Of a DNA stretch of 64,000 bases, positions 57,005-64,000 are shown piece after piece; the first letter of the stretch is position 1, and the number at the start of each line of letters is the position of its first letter. The DNA is from Oscillospiraceae bacterium (lineage in GTDB: Bacteria > Bacillota > Clostridia > Oscillospirales > Acutalibacteraceae). The notes under the pieces are model-generated. The model did not search any database. It saw only the letters and a program-made list of their open reading frames with translations, and was not told the origin of the DNA. A program made the translations under genes and the position numbers. Location: the NCBI GenBank assembly GCA_003526845.1, contig DPVM01000008.1, positions 47,593 through 111,592 on the forward strand, read 5' to 3'.

Positions 57005-59746
57005 GTGAGAAAATCATTTAAAAAAGTAGTTGCATGTCTTCTTGCTGTACTTATGGTTACATTCTCCGTACCATTTACAGCACTTGCTACTCCTGATGAT
57101 TATAAGCCAAACTTTACTTTACAGTTCAACACCTTTGTTGCTGATGACTCGTTTGACGCTGAAGGTATCACATCAACAAAATGGGGTATGAAAACTCCGG
57201 CATATGATCTTTATTCAGGCGTTCACGGTGCTCCTCTTGATTACGAGGGTGGCGTTAACAAAGAAGATGGTTCCCTTGAAATCACAAGACTTTATCTTGA
57301 AAACAGCAAAGTTCAAGGTATCCTTGATTACAACGGACTTACAGCAGATGATTATGCTGGTGAAGTAACAGGTCAAACTAACTATGTAAAAGGTATGCCT
57401 TTCACAATTACAGTTAAATTGAATAACATTCATGAATTAACTGCATTTGAACTTAAAAACACATATTCTGATAATATTGCTCCTGCTATTGTCTACAAAG
57501 CAGGCGCAAGAGCTAATACAGCAACAGCTAAGATTGCCTCAATTGCAGATTATAAAGCTGATACAGCAAAGTCAAAGACTCCTGTAACAAATGAGAAATC
57601 TGTTTATCAAACAGCAGGCAATTACTACGAGGGTATGTATGAAGGTAACAACAGTAATGCTTCATTTACAGCTTCATCAGGTGCTGTTTATTCCTATGCT
57701 ACTCTTAGTGGTGATGGTCGTGAATCACAAGATTTCACTTCTGTAAACACTAATGTGGATAATGGCGGCGACGATGGTATCACTAATCCGAAAACAGGTG
57801 CAACAGGTTATGATTGCGCAAATGATGCTATCCTTGTTACATTCCTTTTCATCGTAACCGGTGAAGTATCAGAACAACACCCAATTAAGATTGGTCTTTA
57901 CCAAGACAAACACAGCGGTGCATCATGTGCACAGAACATGAGCGGTTTGGATGATATCAATCTTGCATCATATGGTCAAAAGGTTGAAGGTCAAGTTGGT
58001 GCATACCACTGCTATTTCATGGGCTATAATGCACTTACTAAACAATCACTCGGTGCTGCACAGCATACTCACACTGCAGGCGAGCCTAAACAAGAGAATG
58101 TTGTTCCCGCTACTTGCACAACAGACGGTTCATATGACGAAGTTGTAAGATGTACAGAAGATAATGAAATCATTTCTACTAAACATCATGTAATCCCTGC
58201 AACAGGTCACAAATTTGTTGACACAGTAGTTGCTCCTACATGTACTGCTCAAGGCTACACATTGCACAAGTGCTCTGTTTGCGGCGAAGAGACCAAGGAC
58301 ACTTACACAGACGCTCTCGGTCACGAGTATGGCGAATGGGTAATTGATAAACCGGCTACAGAAGATACAGAAGGTTCTAAACACCGTGATTGTATCCGTG
58401 GTGACGATACACAAACAGCAGTAATTCCGCAACTCACTCATGTTCACACTCCTGCAGCTGCAGTTAAGGAAAATGAAGTTCCTGCAACATGTGAAGCAGA
58501 AGGTTCTTACGACGAAGTTGTAAGATGCTCAAAGTGCGGCGAAGTTATTACTACTACTCACAAGACAACTCCTGCTCTCGGCCACAAGTGGAAAGCAACT
58601 AAGGTTGTAGCTCCTACTTACGAGTCACAGGGTTACACAGAGTATGTTTGTGAAAACGATCCATCTCACACCAAGAAGGATGACTATACAGCTAAGCTTG
58701 ACGGCGTTAAGCTCACTGTAAACGGCAAGTACAGCTCATATGGTAGCGTTGAAGGCTATGATTTCGACAAGGCTACATGGGCTGGCAAGAACTCAACTGT
58801 TACTCTTAAGGCATCGCCTATCGAAGGCGCAGTATTCGCAGGTTGGGAAATCGACGGCAAAGTTGTTTCTACTGCTGAAACTCTTGAGCTCACAATGTAT
58901 AAGGACATCACTGTAACTCCTATCTTCCAGGAGGAGCAGAAGTCAACAATCACTGTTGTATTCCTTGATATGTACAACAATGTTACAGCTTCATACACAA
59001 ATATGACAGCTGCTGAATTCCAGGCAGAAATGGCAAAAGCTATTCCTACACCTGCTGAATATCCTGGCTACACATTTGCAGGTTGGAGCCAGACAGATGA
59101 TGCAATCAAGGCTCTTGATACATCTGCTACAATCACTTCGAGCTACAAAACTCGTGGCAACAGCTACACAGTAAACGCTCAGGGCGCTAACATCACTGTT
59201 AACGGCGAGACAAAGGCTGACACATTTGCTGACATCGCTTATGATACAGCAGTTACTGTATCTGCTGACAACGCAAAGGCTTGGGCTATCGACGGCACAA
59301 CAGTTGCAGTTGGCTCATCTTACACATTCTATGTTGGTTCTGATGTAACAATCACACCTGTAACAGATGCTGTAACTGACAAACCTATGACTGCAATCGT
59401 AAGTGCTGCTCCTGCAACAGCAGGCTCATATCGTGTATCATTCCTTGCTTCATCATACATCCCGGCTGGCTACACAGTAATCGACCGTGGTTTCGTATAT
59501 GGTAAGGGCGCTACTCAGGATGAGTTGACTCTTGAAAAGGTTGGCACAACAATCGCTGCAACAGGCGCTAAAGTTAAGTCAATCTCTGTTCCTACAAATA
59601 AGGACACTGTTAATGATTTCGGCCTTGTTTACGGTGTTAAGAATAAGGATGCCGCTGCTACTGCTGTTGCTTATGTAACAGTTAAGAGCATGGCTGACGA
59701 TTCAGTTACAACTGTTTACTCAACAATCAGCCAATTCAATTATTAA
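57005..59746 (+). CDS. Secreted surface protein of 913 aa. It has an N-terminal unknown domain, three Cys-rich repeats (TC-x3-G-x7-C-x2-CG-x13-ALGH), and Listeria-Bacteroides (Flg_new-type) repeats.
   Basis: It has a GTG start after a GGAGG RBS. The signal peptide is MRKSFKKVVACLLAVLMVTFSVPFTALA. The repeats include PATCTTDGSYDEVVRCTEDNE..PATGH, APTCTAQGYTLHKCSVCGEE..ALGH and PATCEAEGSYDEVVRCSKCGE..PALGH. The Flg_new hallmarks are GYTFAGW and AVFAGWEIDG. Confidence 0.8.
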   Translation: MRKSFKKVVACLLAVLMVTFSVPFTALATPDDYKPNFTLQFNTFVADDSFDAEGITSTKWGMKTPAYDLYSGVHGAPLDYEGGVNKEDGSLEITRLYLENSKVQGILDYNGLTADDYAGEVTGQTNYVKGMPFTITVKLNNIHELTAFELKNTYSDNIAPAIVYKAGARANTATAKIASIADYKADTAKSKTPVTNEKSVYQTAGNYYEGMYEGNNSNASFTASSGAVYSYATLSGDGRESQDFTSVNTNVDNGGDDGITNPKTGATGYDCANDAILVTFLFIVTGEVSEQHPIKIGLYQDKHSGASCAQNMSGLDDINLASYGQKVEGQVGAYHCYFMGYNALTKQSLGAAQHTHTAGEPKQENVVPATCTTDGSYDEVVRCTEDNEIISTKHHVIPATGHKFVDTVVAPTCTAQGYTLHKCSVCGEETKDTYTDALGHEYGEWVIDKPATEDTEGSKHRDCIRGDDTQTAVIPQLTHVHTPAAAVKENEVPATCEAEGSYDEVVRCSKCGEVITTTHKTTPALGHKWKATKVVAPTYESQGYTEYVCENDPSHTKKDDYTAKLDGVKLTVNGKYSSYGSVEGYDFDKATWAGKNSTVTLKASPIEGAVFAGWEIDGKVVSTAETLELTMYKDITVTPIFQEEQKSTITVVFLDMYNNVTASYTNMTAAEFQAEMAKAIPTPAEYPGYTFAGWSQTDDAIKALDTSATITSSYKTRGNSYTVNAQGANITVNGETKADTFADIAYDTAVTVSADNAKAWAIDGTTVAVGSSYTFYVGSDVTITPVTDAVTDKPMTAIVSAAPATAGSYRVSFLASSYIPAGYTVIDRGFVYGKGATQDELTLEKVGTTIAATGAKVKSISVPTNKDTVNDFGLVYGVKNKDAAATAVAYVTVKSMADDSVTTVYSTISQFNY

Positions 59747-59829
59747 TTATCGCAAATGCCTGCACCGCAAGGCGCAGGCTCCCCTCGGGGGCGACCAATT
59801 ATTAAAATCTAACAGTGGAGGTTATGTTA

Positions 59830-59949
59830 ATGAAAGAGTTATACACAAAGCCGGAACTCACAGTTGCTGAATTCACAGTAGAAGATGTAGTTACAACTTC
59901 AACAAACGAACAAATCAGCAGACCGTTCGGTGACGGTGACGACGACTAA
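59830..59949 (+). CDS. Small ORF encoding a 39-aa acidic peptide (MKELYTKPELTVAEFTVEDVVTTSTNEQISRPFGDGDDD).
   Basis: A GGAGG RBS sits 8 nt upstream and a strong terminator follows immediately. There is no Cys and no TM segment. I did not recognise a homology. Confidence 0.35.
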   Translation: MKELYTKPELTVAEFTVEDVVTTSTNEQISRPFGDGDDD

Positions 59950-59956
59950 ATAATAA

Positions 59957-59988
59957 AAGGGGCACGGAGCAATCCGTGCCTTTTTTTA
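59957..59988 (+). terminator. Strong rho-independent terminator.
   Basis: The hairpin is aaggggcacgga gcaa tccgtgcc followed by TTTTTTT. Confidence 0.85.
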
Positions 59989-59993
59989 TTGCC

Positions 59994-60250
59994 GATAATG
60001 TGCATAAACCGCTTTGCTTTGCGTTTTTTGCTCGGGGGCAGTACCTTTGTACGGCACCCACTCGCAAGAAAACGCAATTTATCTCACATCCTCGGCAATA
60101 AACGGAGCGATAATGTGCATAAACCGCTTTGCTTTGCGTTTTTTGCTCGGGGGCAGTACCTTTGTACGGCACCCACTCACAAGAAAACGCAATTCATCTC
60201 ACATCCTCGGCAATAAACAGAGCGATAATGCTGATAAATCGCTTTGATTT
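59994..60250. repeat. Tandem direct repeat of 115-bp units: two complete copies (59994-60108 and 60109-60223) plus a roughly 25-bp partial third. Each unit can fold into a long imperfect hairpin.
   Basis: The unit gataatgtgcataaaccgctttgctttgcgttttttgctcgggggcagtacctttgtacggcacccactc(g/a)caagaaaacgcaatt(t/c)atctcacatcctcggcaataaac(g/a)gagc is about 97% identical between copies. The arms ttgcgttttttgc and gcaagaaaacgcaa pair to form the stem. Confidence 0.85.
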
Positions 60251-60340
60251 TCTGAAAACATTAACCGAAAAAATAATCCTCTTGATATTTTCAGGCAATG
60301 ATAGTACAATATCATTGAGTTTAATGAAAGAGATGATTTT

Positions 60341-61051
60341 ATGGCTAATATACATTCGTTCGAGTCGCTTGCCGCACTTGACGGCGTAGGCATTCGCTAC
60401 GATATTTTTTTCACCGGCTGTCCGCTTCGTTGTGCTTATTGCCACAACCCCGACACTTGGTTTAAATCCGACAATAATTACACCGCAGAGCAGATTTATA
60501 AAAAAATAATTCGCTACAAGCCTTATTTCAAAAAAGGCGGCGGCGTCACATTTTCGGGCGGCGAGCCTTTGCTCAATGCAAAATTCATTAACGAGGTTTA
60601 TCCGATGATTGCCGCAGAGGGCATCGGCTACTGTCTCGACACCTCCGGCTCTGTCGCTTTGACAGACGAGGTTAAAACCGCTATCGACAACTCCGATATG
60701 GTGATTCTCGACATCAAATTTTACAACCCTCGGGATTATGAAAAATACACCAAGGGCGATTTTGACAGGTTTGTCGAGATTGGCAAATATTGCACCTCAA
60801 TCAACAAAAGAATGTGGCTTCGCACGGTTGTTGTGCCCGGCATAAACGATACCGAGGCGGATATGGACAAATATGCCGAATTTGTCGCTCAATTCAAGTT
60901 TGAAAAATACGAGCTTCTCGCTTTTCACACGATGGGATTTTTCAAATACGAAAATTTAAAAATCGACAATCCGCTTAAGGACACCAAGGCACTCGACAAA
61001 TCCCGCCTTGAGGAACTCCAAAATTATTTAAACAGCAAATTGCAAAAATAA
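60341..61051 (+). CDS. pflA: Glycyl-radical enzyme activating enzyme (pyruvate formate-lyase activase type, radical SAM).
   Basis: It aligns along its whole length with PflA: IHSFESLAALDGVGIRYDIFFTGCPLRCAYCHNPDTW (the CxxxCxxC cluster), GGGVTFSGGEPLL and CLDTSG. The protein is 236 aa. Confidence 0.85.
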   Translation: MANIHSFESLAALDGVGIRYDIFFTGCPLRCAYCHNPDTWFKSDNNYTAEQIYKKIIRYKPYFKKGGGVTFSGGEPLLNAKFINEVYPMIAAEGIGYCLDTSGSVALTDEVKTAIDNSDMVILDIKFYNPRDYEKYTKGDFDRFVEIGKYCTSINKRMWLRTVVVPGINDTEADMDKYAEFVAQFKFEKYELLAFHTMGFFKYENLKIDNPLKDTKALDKSRLEELQNYLNSKLQK

Positions 61052-61058
61052 AAATCAT

Positions 61059-61086
61059 TGCCTCCTCGTTTGAGGAGGTTTTTTGT
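61059..61086 (+). terminator. Rho-independent terminator.
   Basis: The stem is cctcctc, loop gtttg, gaggagg, followed by TTTTTT. Confidence 0.8.
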
Positions 61087-61266
61087 TGTGTTAAATTGGT
61101 TAGAATTTTAGCAACGCCTTCTCCTCGGGGAGAGAGCTATGTCCTTATCATTTGATATTAAAAACAAATTATATTTCCCACTTGTATTTTTAAATTAACA
61201 GTGATATATTTATAGTGAGTGTCGTCACGCAAAGTGCACGGCAAAAAACAACGAAGAGGATTGCTT

Positions 61267-62652
61267 ATGTTAGGCAAAAATAAAGCAAAGGGACTTAGTA
61301 TAATTATTGTTGGCTGTGGCAGGGTAGGTACAACACTTGTTGAGCAGTTGAGCGCAGAGGGTCATGACATTACAATTGTTGACAAGGACCGCGATGTTGT
61401 CACCGAGCTTACAAATTTATATGATATTATGGGCGTTGTCGGAAACGGCGCAAGCTTCACCACTCAAATCGATGCAGGAATCAAAACAGCCGACCTTATC
61501 ATCGCAGTTACGGCGAGCGACGAGCTGAATTTGCTTTGCTGCACTGTTGCACGCAGGGTGAGCGAATGTGCAGCAATCGCAAGAGTGCGCGACCCCGACT
61601 ACTCTCTCGAAATTGCATATTTGCAGGAAAAGCTCGGCCTTGTTATGATTATCAACCCCGAGCAGGAGGCATCGCGCGAGATAGCGAGAATTTTGTCGCT
61701 CCCTAATGCGCTTGAAGTCAACACATTCTCAAACGGCAGGGTTGACCTTGTAAAATTCCGTGTGCCGGCAAACAATATGATTGCCGGAATGACCGTTGCG
61801 CAAATCGGCGCACGCACCGAAAATGTTTTGCTTTGCGGAGTTGAGCGACACAACCAAATTTCTATTCCATCGGGCAATACCGAAATTAATGCGGGCGACA
61901 TTGTTTCGTTTGTTGCTCCGCGAAAGTACGCAAGGTCGTTTTTCAAATCGATCGGACTTAAAACAAACAGCGTTAAAAACACTATGATTGTCGGCGGCGG
62001 TGACTCGGCATACTATCTCAGCCGAAATTTGCTTGCGGCAGGCGTTGATGTAAAAATTATCGAAAAGGACCGCTCAAGGTGCGAGGAGCTTACAAATCTT
62101 TTGCCAAAGGCAGTTATCATCAACGGCGACGGAACAGACGAAGATTTGCTTAAGGAGGAGGGAATAGACGCTACGGAGTCTTTTGTTCCTCTTACCGGCA
62201 GCGATGAGGAAAATATTTTGCTCACACTTTATGCAAACCATGTTTCGCACGAAAGCACAAAGGTTGTCACAAAAATCAACCGTCTTACATTCAACGATGT
62301 TATCGACAGACTCGACTTGGGCAGTGTAATTTATCCGCGATATATAACTGCGGAGGCGATTATTGCTTATGTTCGCGCAAAAAGCGCATCGAGGGGCAGT
62401 AATATCGAAACGCTTTATCATATGTTTAATCAGCGTGTTGAGGCGATTGAGTTCAAAATTGACAAGGATTCAAAGGTCACAAACAAGCCACTCAGCGAGC
62501 TGAATATCAAAAAAAATGTTCTCATTTCATTTATCAACCGCCACGGCAAAATCATCATTCCGTCCGGTCAGGATTGCATCAAACCCGGCGATACTGTTAT
62601 GATTGTTACAAAAATTGTCGGCATGGTTGACATTGGCGAAATTTTAGATTAA
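61267..62652 (+). CDS. trkA: Trk potassium uptake system NAD-binding subunit TrkA (two RCK_N / RCK_C pairs).
   Basis: The first Rossmann fold reads IIIVGCGRVGTTLVEQL and the second IVGGGDSAYYLSRNL. I chose the ATG at 61267 after the RBS AAGAGGA. The ORF track begins upstream at 61219. Confidence 0.85.
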   Translation: MLGKNKAKGLSIIIVGCGRVGTTLVEQLSAEGHDITIVDKDRDVVTELTNLYDIMGVVGNGASFTTQIDAGIKTADLIIAVTASDELNLLCCTVARRVSECAAIARVRDPDYSLEIAYLQEKLGLVMIINPEQEASREIARILSLPNALEVNTFSNGRVDLVKFRVPANNMIAGMTVAQIGARTENVLLCGVERHNQISIPSGNTEINAGDIVSFVAPRKYARSFFKSIGLKTNSVKNTMIVGGGDSAYYLSRNLLAAGVDVKIIEKDRSRCEELTNLLPKAVIINGDGTDEDLLKEEGIDATESFVPLTGSDEENILLTLYANHVSHESTKVVTKINRLTFNDVIDRLDLGSVIYPRYITAEAIIAYVRAKSASRGSNIETLYHMFNQRVEAIEFKIDKDSKVTNKPLSELNIKKNVLISFINRHGKIIIPSGQDCIKPGDTVMIVTKIVGMVDIGEILD

Positions 62653-62667
62653 GGTTAGTATTTTTGT

Positions 62668-64000
62668 ATGAATGGTTCTGTTATCAGGAGAGTTGTGGGG
62701 TATGTTTTGACCCTGGAGGCACTTTTGTTGTTGCTTCCGTGCATAGTTGCTCTTTATTATAACGAGCAGGAGGGTTATGCTTATCTTGCAAGCTCTGCAC
62801 TTTGTCTTGTGCTCGGCGGCGCAATGTCGCTGAAAAAGCCGAAAAGCAATGTGTTTTATTTAAAAGAAGGCTGTGTCGCAACCGCATTAAGCTGGATTGT
62901 GCTCAGTGTTTTCGGTGCAATTCCGTTTGTCCTCACGGGCGAAATCCCGCATTTTGTCGATGCGCTTTTTGAAACCGTTTCGGGCTTTACAACAACGGGT
63001 GCAAGCATTCTCAGCGATGTTGAAACGCTTGCAAACTGCACGCTGTTTTGGCGAAGTTTTACGCACTGGATAGGCGGCATGGGCGTTCTTGTGTTTATTT
63101 TGGCAATGATTCCGCTCAGCGGCGGCTCAAATATGAACCTTATGAGAGCCGAAAGCCCCGGCCCCTCGGTCAGCAAAATTGTGCCGAAAATCAGAAAAAC
63201 CGCCGCATTGCTCTATGTTATTTATTTTACTATGACGCTTATTGAAATTGTATTTTTGCTTTGCGGCAAAATGCATTTTCTCGAATCTGTTTTAACGGCG
63301 TTCGGTACGGCAGGCACAGGCGGATTCGGCTTTAGAAATGACAGCTTTGCTTCGTTTTCGCCATATATTCAATGGGTTGTTACAATATTTATGATATTGT
63401 TCGGCGTCAATTTCAACGCGTATTATCTCTTGCTTTTCAGACAGTTTAAAAAGGCTTTTTCGCTTGAAGAAGTCAAAGGTTATGCGGCAATTATAATAGT
63501 GTCAATCGGATTGGTTTTTTCAAACACAATTCATCTTTATAACACCGTCAGCGAGGCGTTGTGCAAGGCGTCATTCCAGGTTGCGTCGATTATTACAACA
63601 ACGGGATTTTCAACGGCGGATTTCAATACATGGTCAAGCACTTCAAAAACAGTGCTTGTTGTGCTTATGTTCATCGGTGCATGCGCAGGAAGTACCGGCG
63701 GCGGAATTAAGGTTTCGCGCTTTATTCTTGCAATCAAAAGCGTTTTCAAAGAGTTCAAATCATATTCTCACCCGAAAAGCATCAACTCGGTTAAAATGGA
63801 CGGCAAGGTTGTTGAACGGGATGTTCTCAAAAGCACAAATGTTTATTTCATCACATTTTTTCTTGTTTTCTTCACGTCGGTGCTTTGCATCTCGTTTGAG
63901 GGCAACGATTTAACTACGAATTTCACCGCCGTTGCGGCAACAATCAACAACATCGGTCCGGGACTTGAACTTGTCGGACCGTCTGAAAATTTCGGCCTTT
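62668..64000 (+). CDS. trkH: Trk/Ktr potassium transporter membrane subunit (TrkH/KtrB family). Partial: it continues past the window end.
   Basis: The protein is multi-TM, with repeated selectivity-filter-like glycine motifs (TTTGASIL, TAGTGGFG, TTTGFSTAD, CAGSTGGGIKV). No stop codon appears before the window end. Confidence 0.8.
   Translation, partial: MNGSVIRRVVGYVLTLEALLLLLPCIVALYYNEQEGYAYLASSALCLVLGGAMSLKKPKSNVFYLKEGCVATALSWIVLSVFGAIPFVLTGEIPHFVDALFETVSGFTTTGASILSDVETLANCTLFWRSFTHWIGGMGVLVFILAMIPLSGGSNMNLMRAESPGPSVSKIVPKIRKTAALLYVIYFTMTLIEIVFLLCGKMHFLESVLTAFGTAGTGGFGFRNDSFASFSPYIQWVVTIFMILFGVNFNAYYLLLFRQFKKAFSLEEVKGYAAIIIVSIGLVFSNTIHLYNTVSEALCKASFQVASIITTTGFSTADFNTWSSTSKTVLVVLMFIGACAGSTGGGIKVSRFILAIKSVFKEFKSYSHPKSINSVKMDGKVVERDVLKSTNVYFITFFLVFFTSVLCISFEGNDLTTNFTAVAATINNIGPGLELVGPSENFGL

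Noticed and set aside
59994-60250. Possible CRISPR array
   Set aside because: There are only two full direct repeats, each 115 bp, with no unique spacers between them. Typical CRISPR arrays have 24-48-bp repeats with spacers. No cas genes are present.
59989-60389. Three overlapping 75-86-aa ORFs
   Set aside because: They are generated by the 115-bp tandem repeat in different frames. They have near-identical repeated peptides and no RBS.
59830-61051. Small peptide as a RiPP precursor modified by the downstream radical SAM enzyme
   Set aside because: The radical SAM protein aligns end-to-end with PflA-type glycyl-radical activases. It has a CxxxCxxC cluster, no SPASM or twitch domain and no RRE. 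A strong terminator and a repeat region separate the two genes.

Overview
The window looks like a chromosomal segment from an anaerobic Firmicute (Clostridia), plausibly a Ruminococcus-like cellulosome or amylosome producer. Evidence for this is the dockerin modules, Listeria-Bacteroides repeats, sortase B, an LCP enzyme, and Hdr/Flx-type redox genes. I found no transposase, integrase, CRISPR array or rRNA.

Reading left to right, the window contains:
- A partial GH95 fucosidase gene on the minus strand.
- A large secreted surface protein with 228-bp tandem-repeated Ig-like modules.
- An MBOAT / DltD-like O-acylation pair, next to a LiaF-like gene.
- A MATE efflux gene and rsmA.
- A MarR regulator with a tandem palindromic operator, followed by a heterodimeric ABC exporter.
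- A class B sortase with a small (S/P)PXTG substrate, and an LCP enzyme carrying an unusual His/Ser-rich N-terminus.
- GH127 and GH27 glycosidases.
- An 11.5-kb redox locus (fumC, hdrB-hdrC-hdrA, mvhD, three Flx/Asr-like Fe-S/flavin subunits, frdB/frdA-like genes, and an AAE-family transporter). I interpret this as a candidate soluble, flavin-based electron-bifurcating NADH/ferredoxin-linked fumarate reductase with a succinate exporter.
- An orphan hisH-hisF pair between two acyltransferase-3 genes, next to tRNA-Ser(CGA).
- Two divergently transcribed giant secreted paralogs (2529 and 2170 aa) with no domains I can recognise. One ends in a CarbopepD-like + dockerin module that is also found on a neighbouring 368-aa protein.
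- A Cys-rich-repeat / Listeria-Bacteroides-repeat surface protein.
- A 39-aa acidic small ORF with its own RBS and terminator.
- A structured 115-bp tandem repeat.
- An orphan pflA, then trkA and a partial trkH.

All calls come from reading the motifs directly. No database searches were run.
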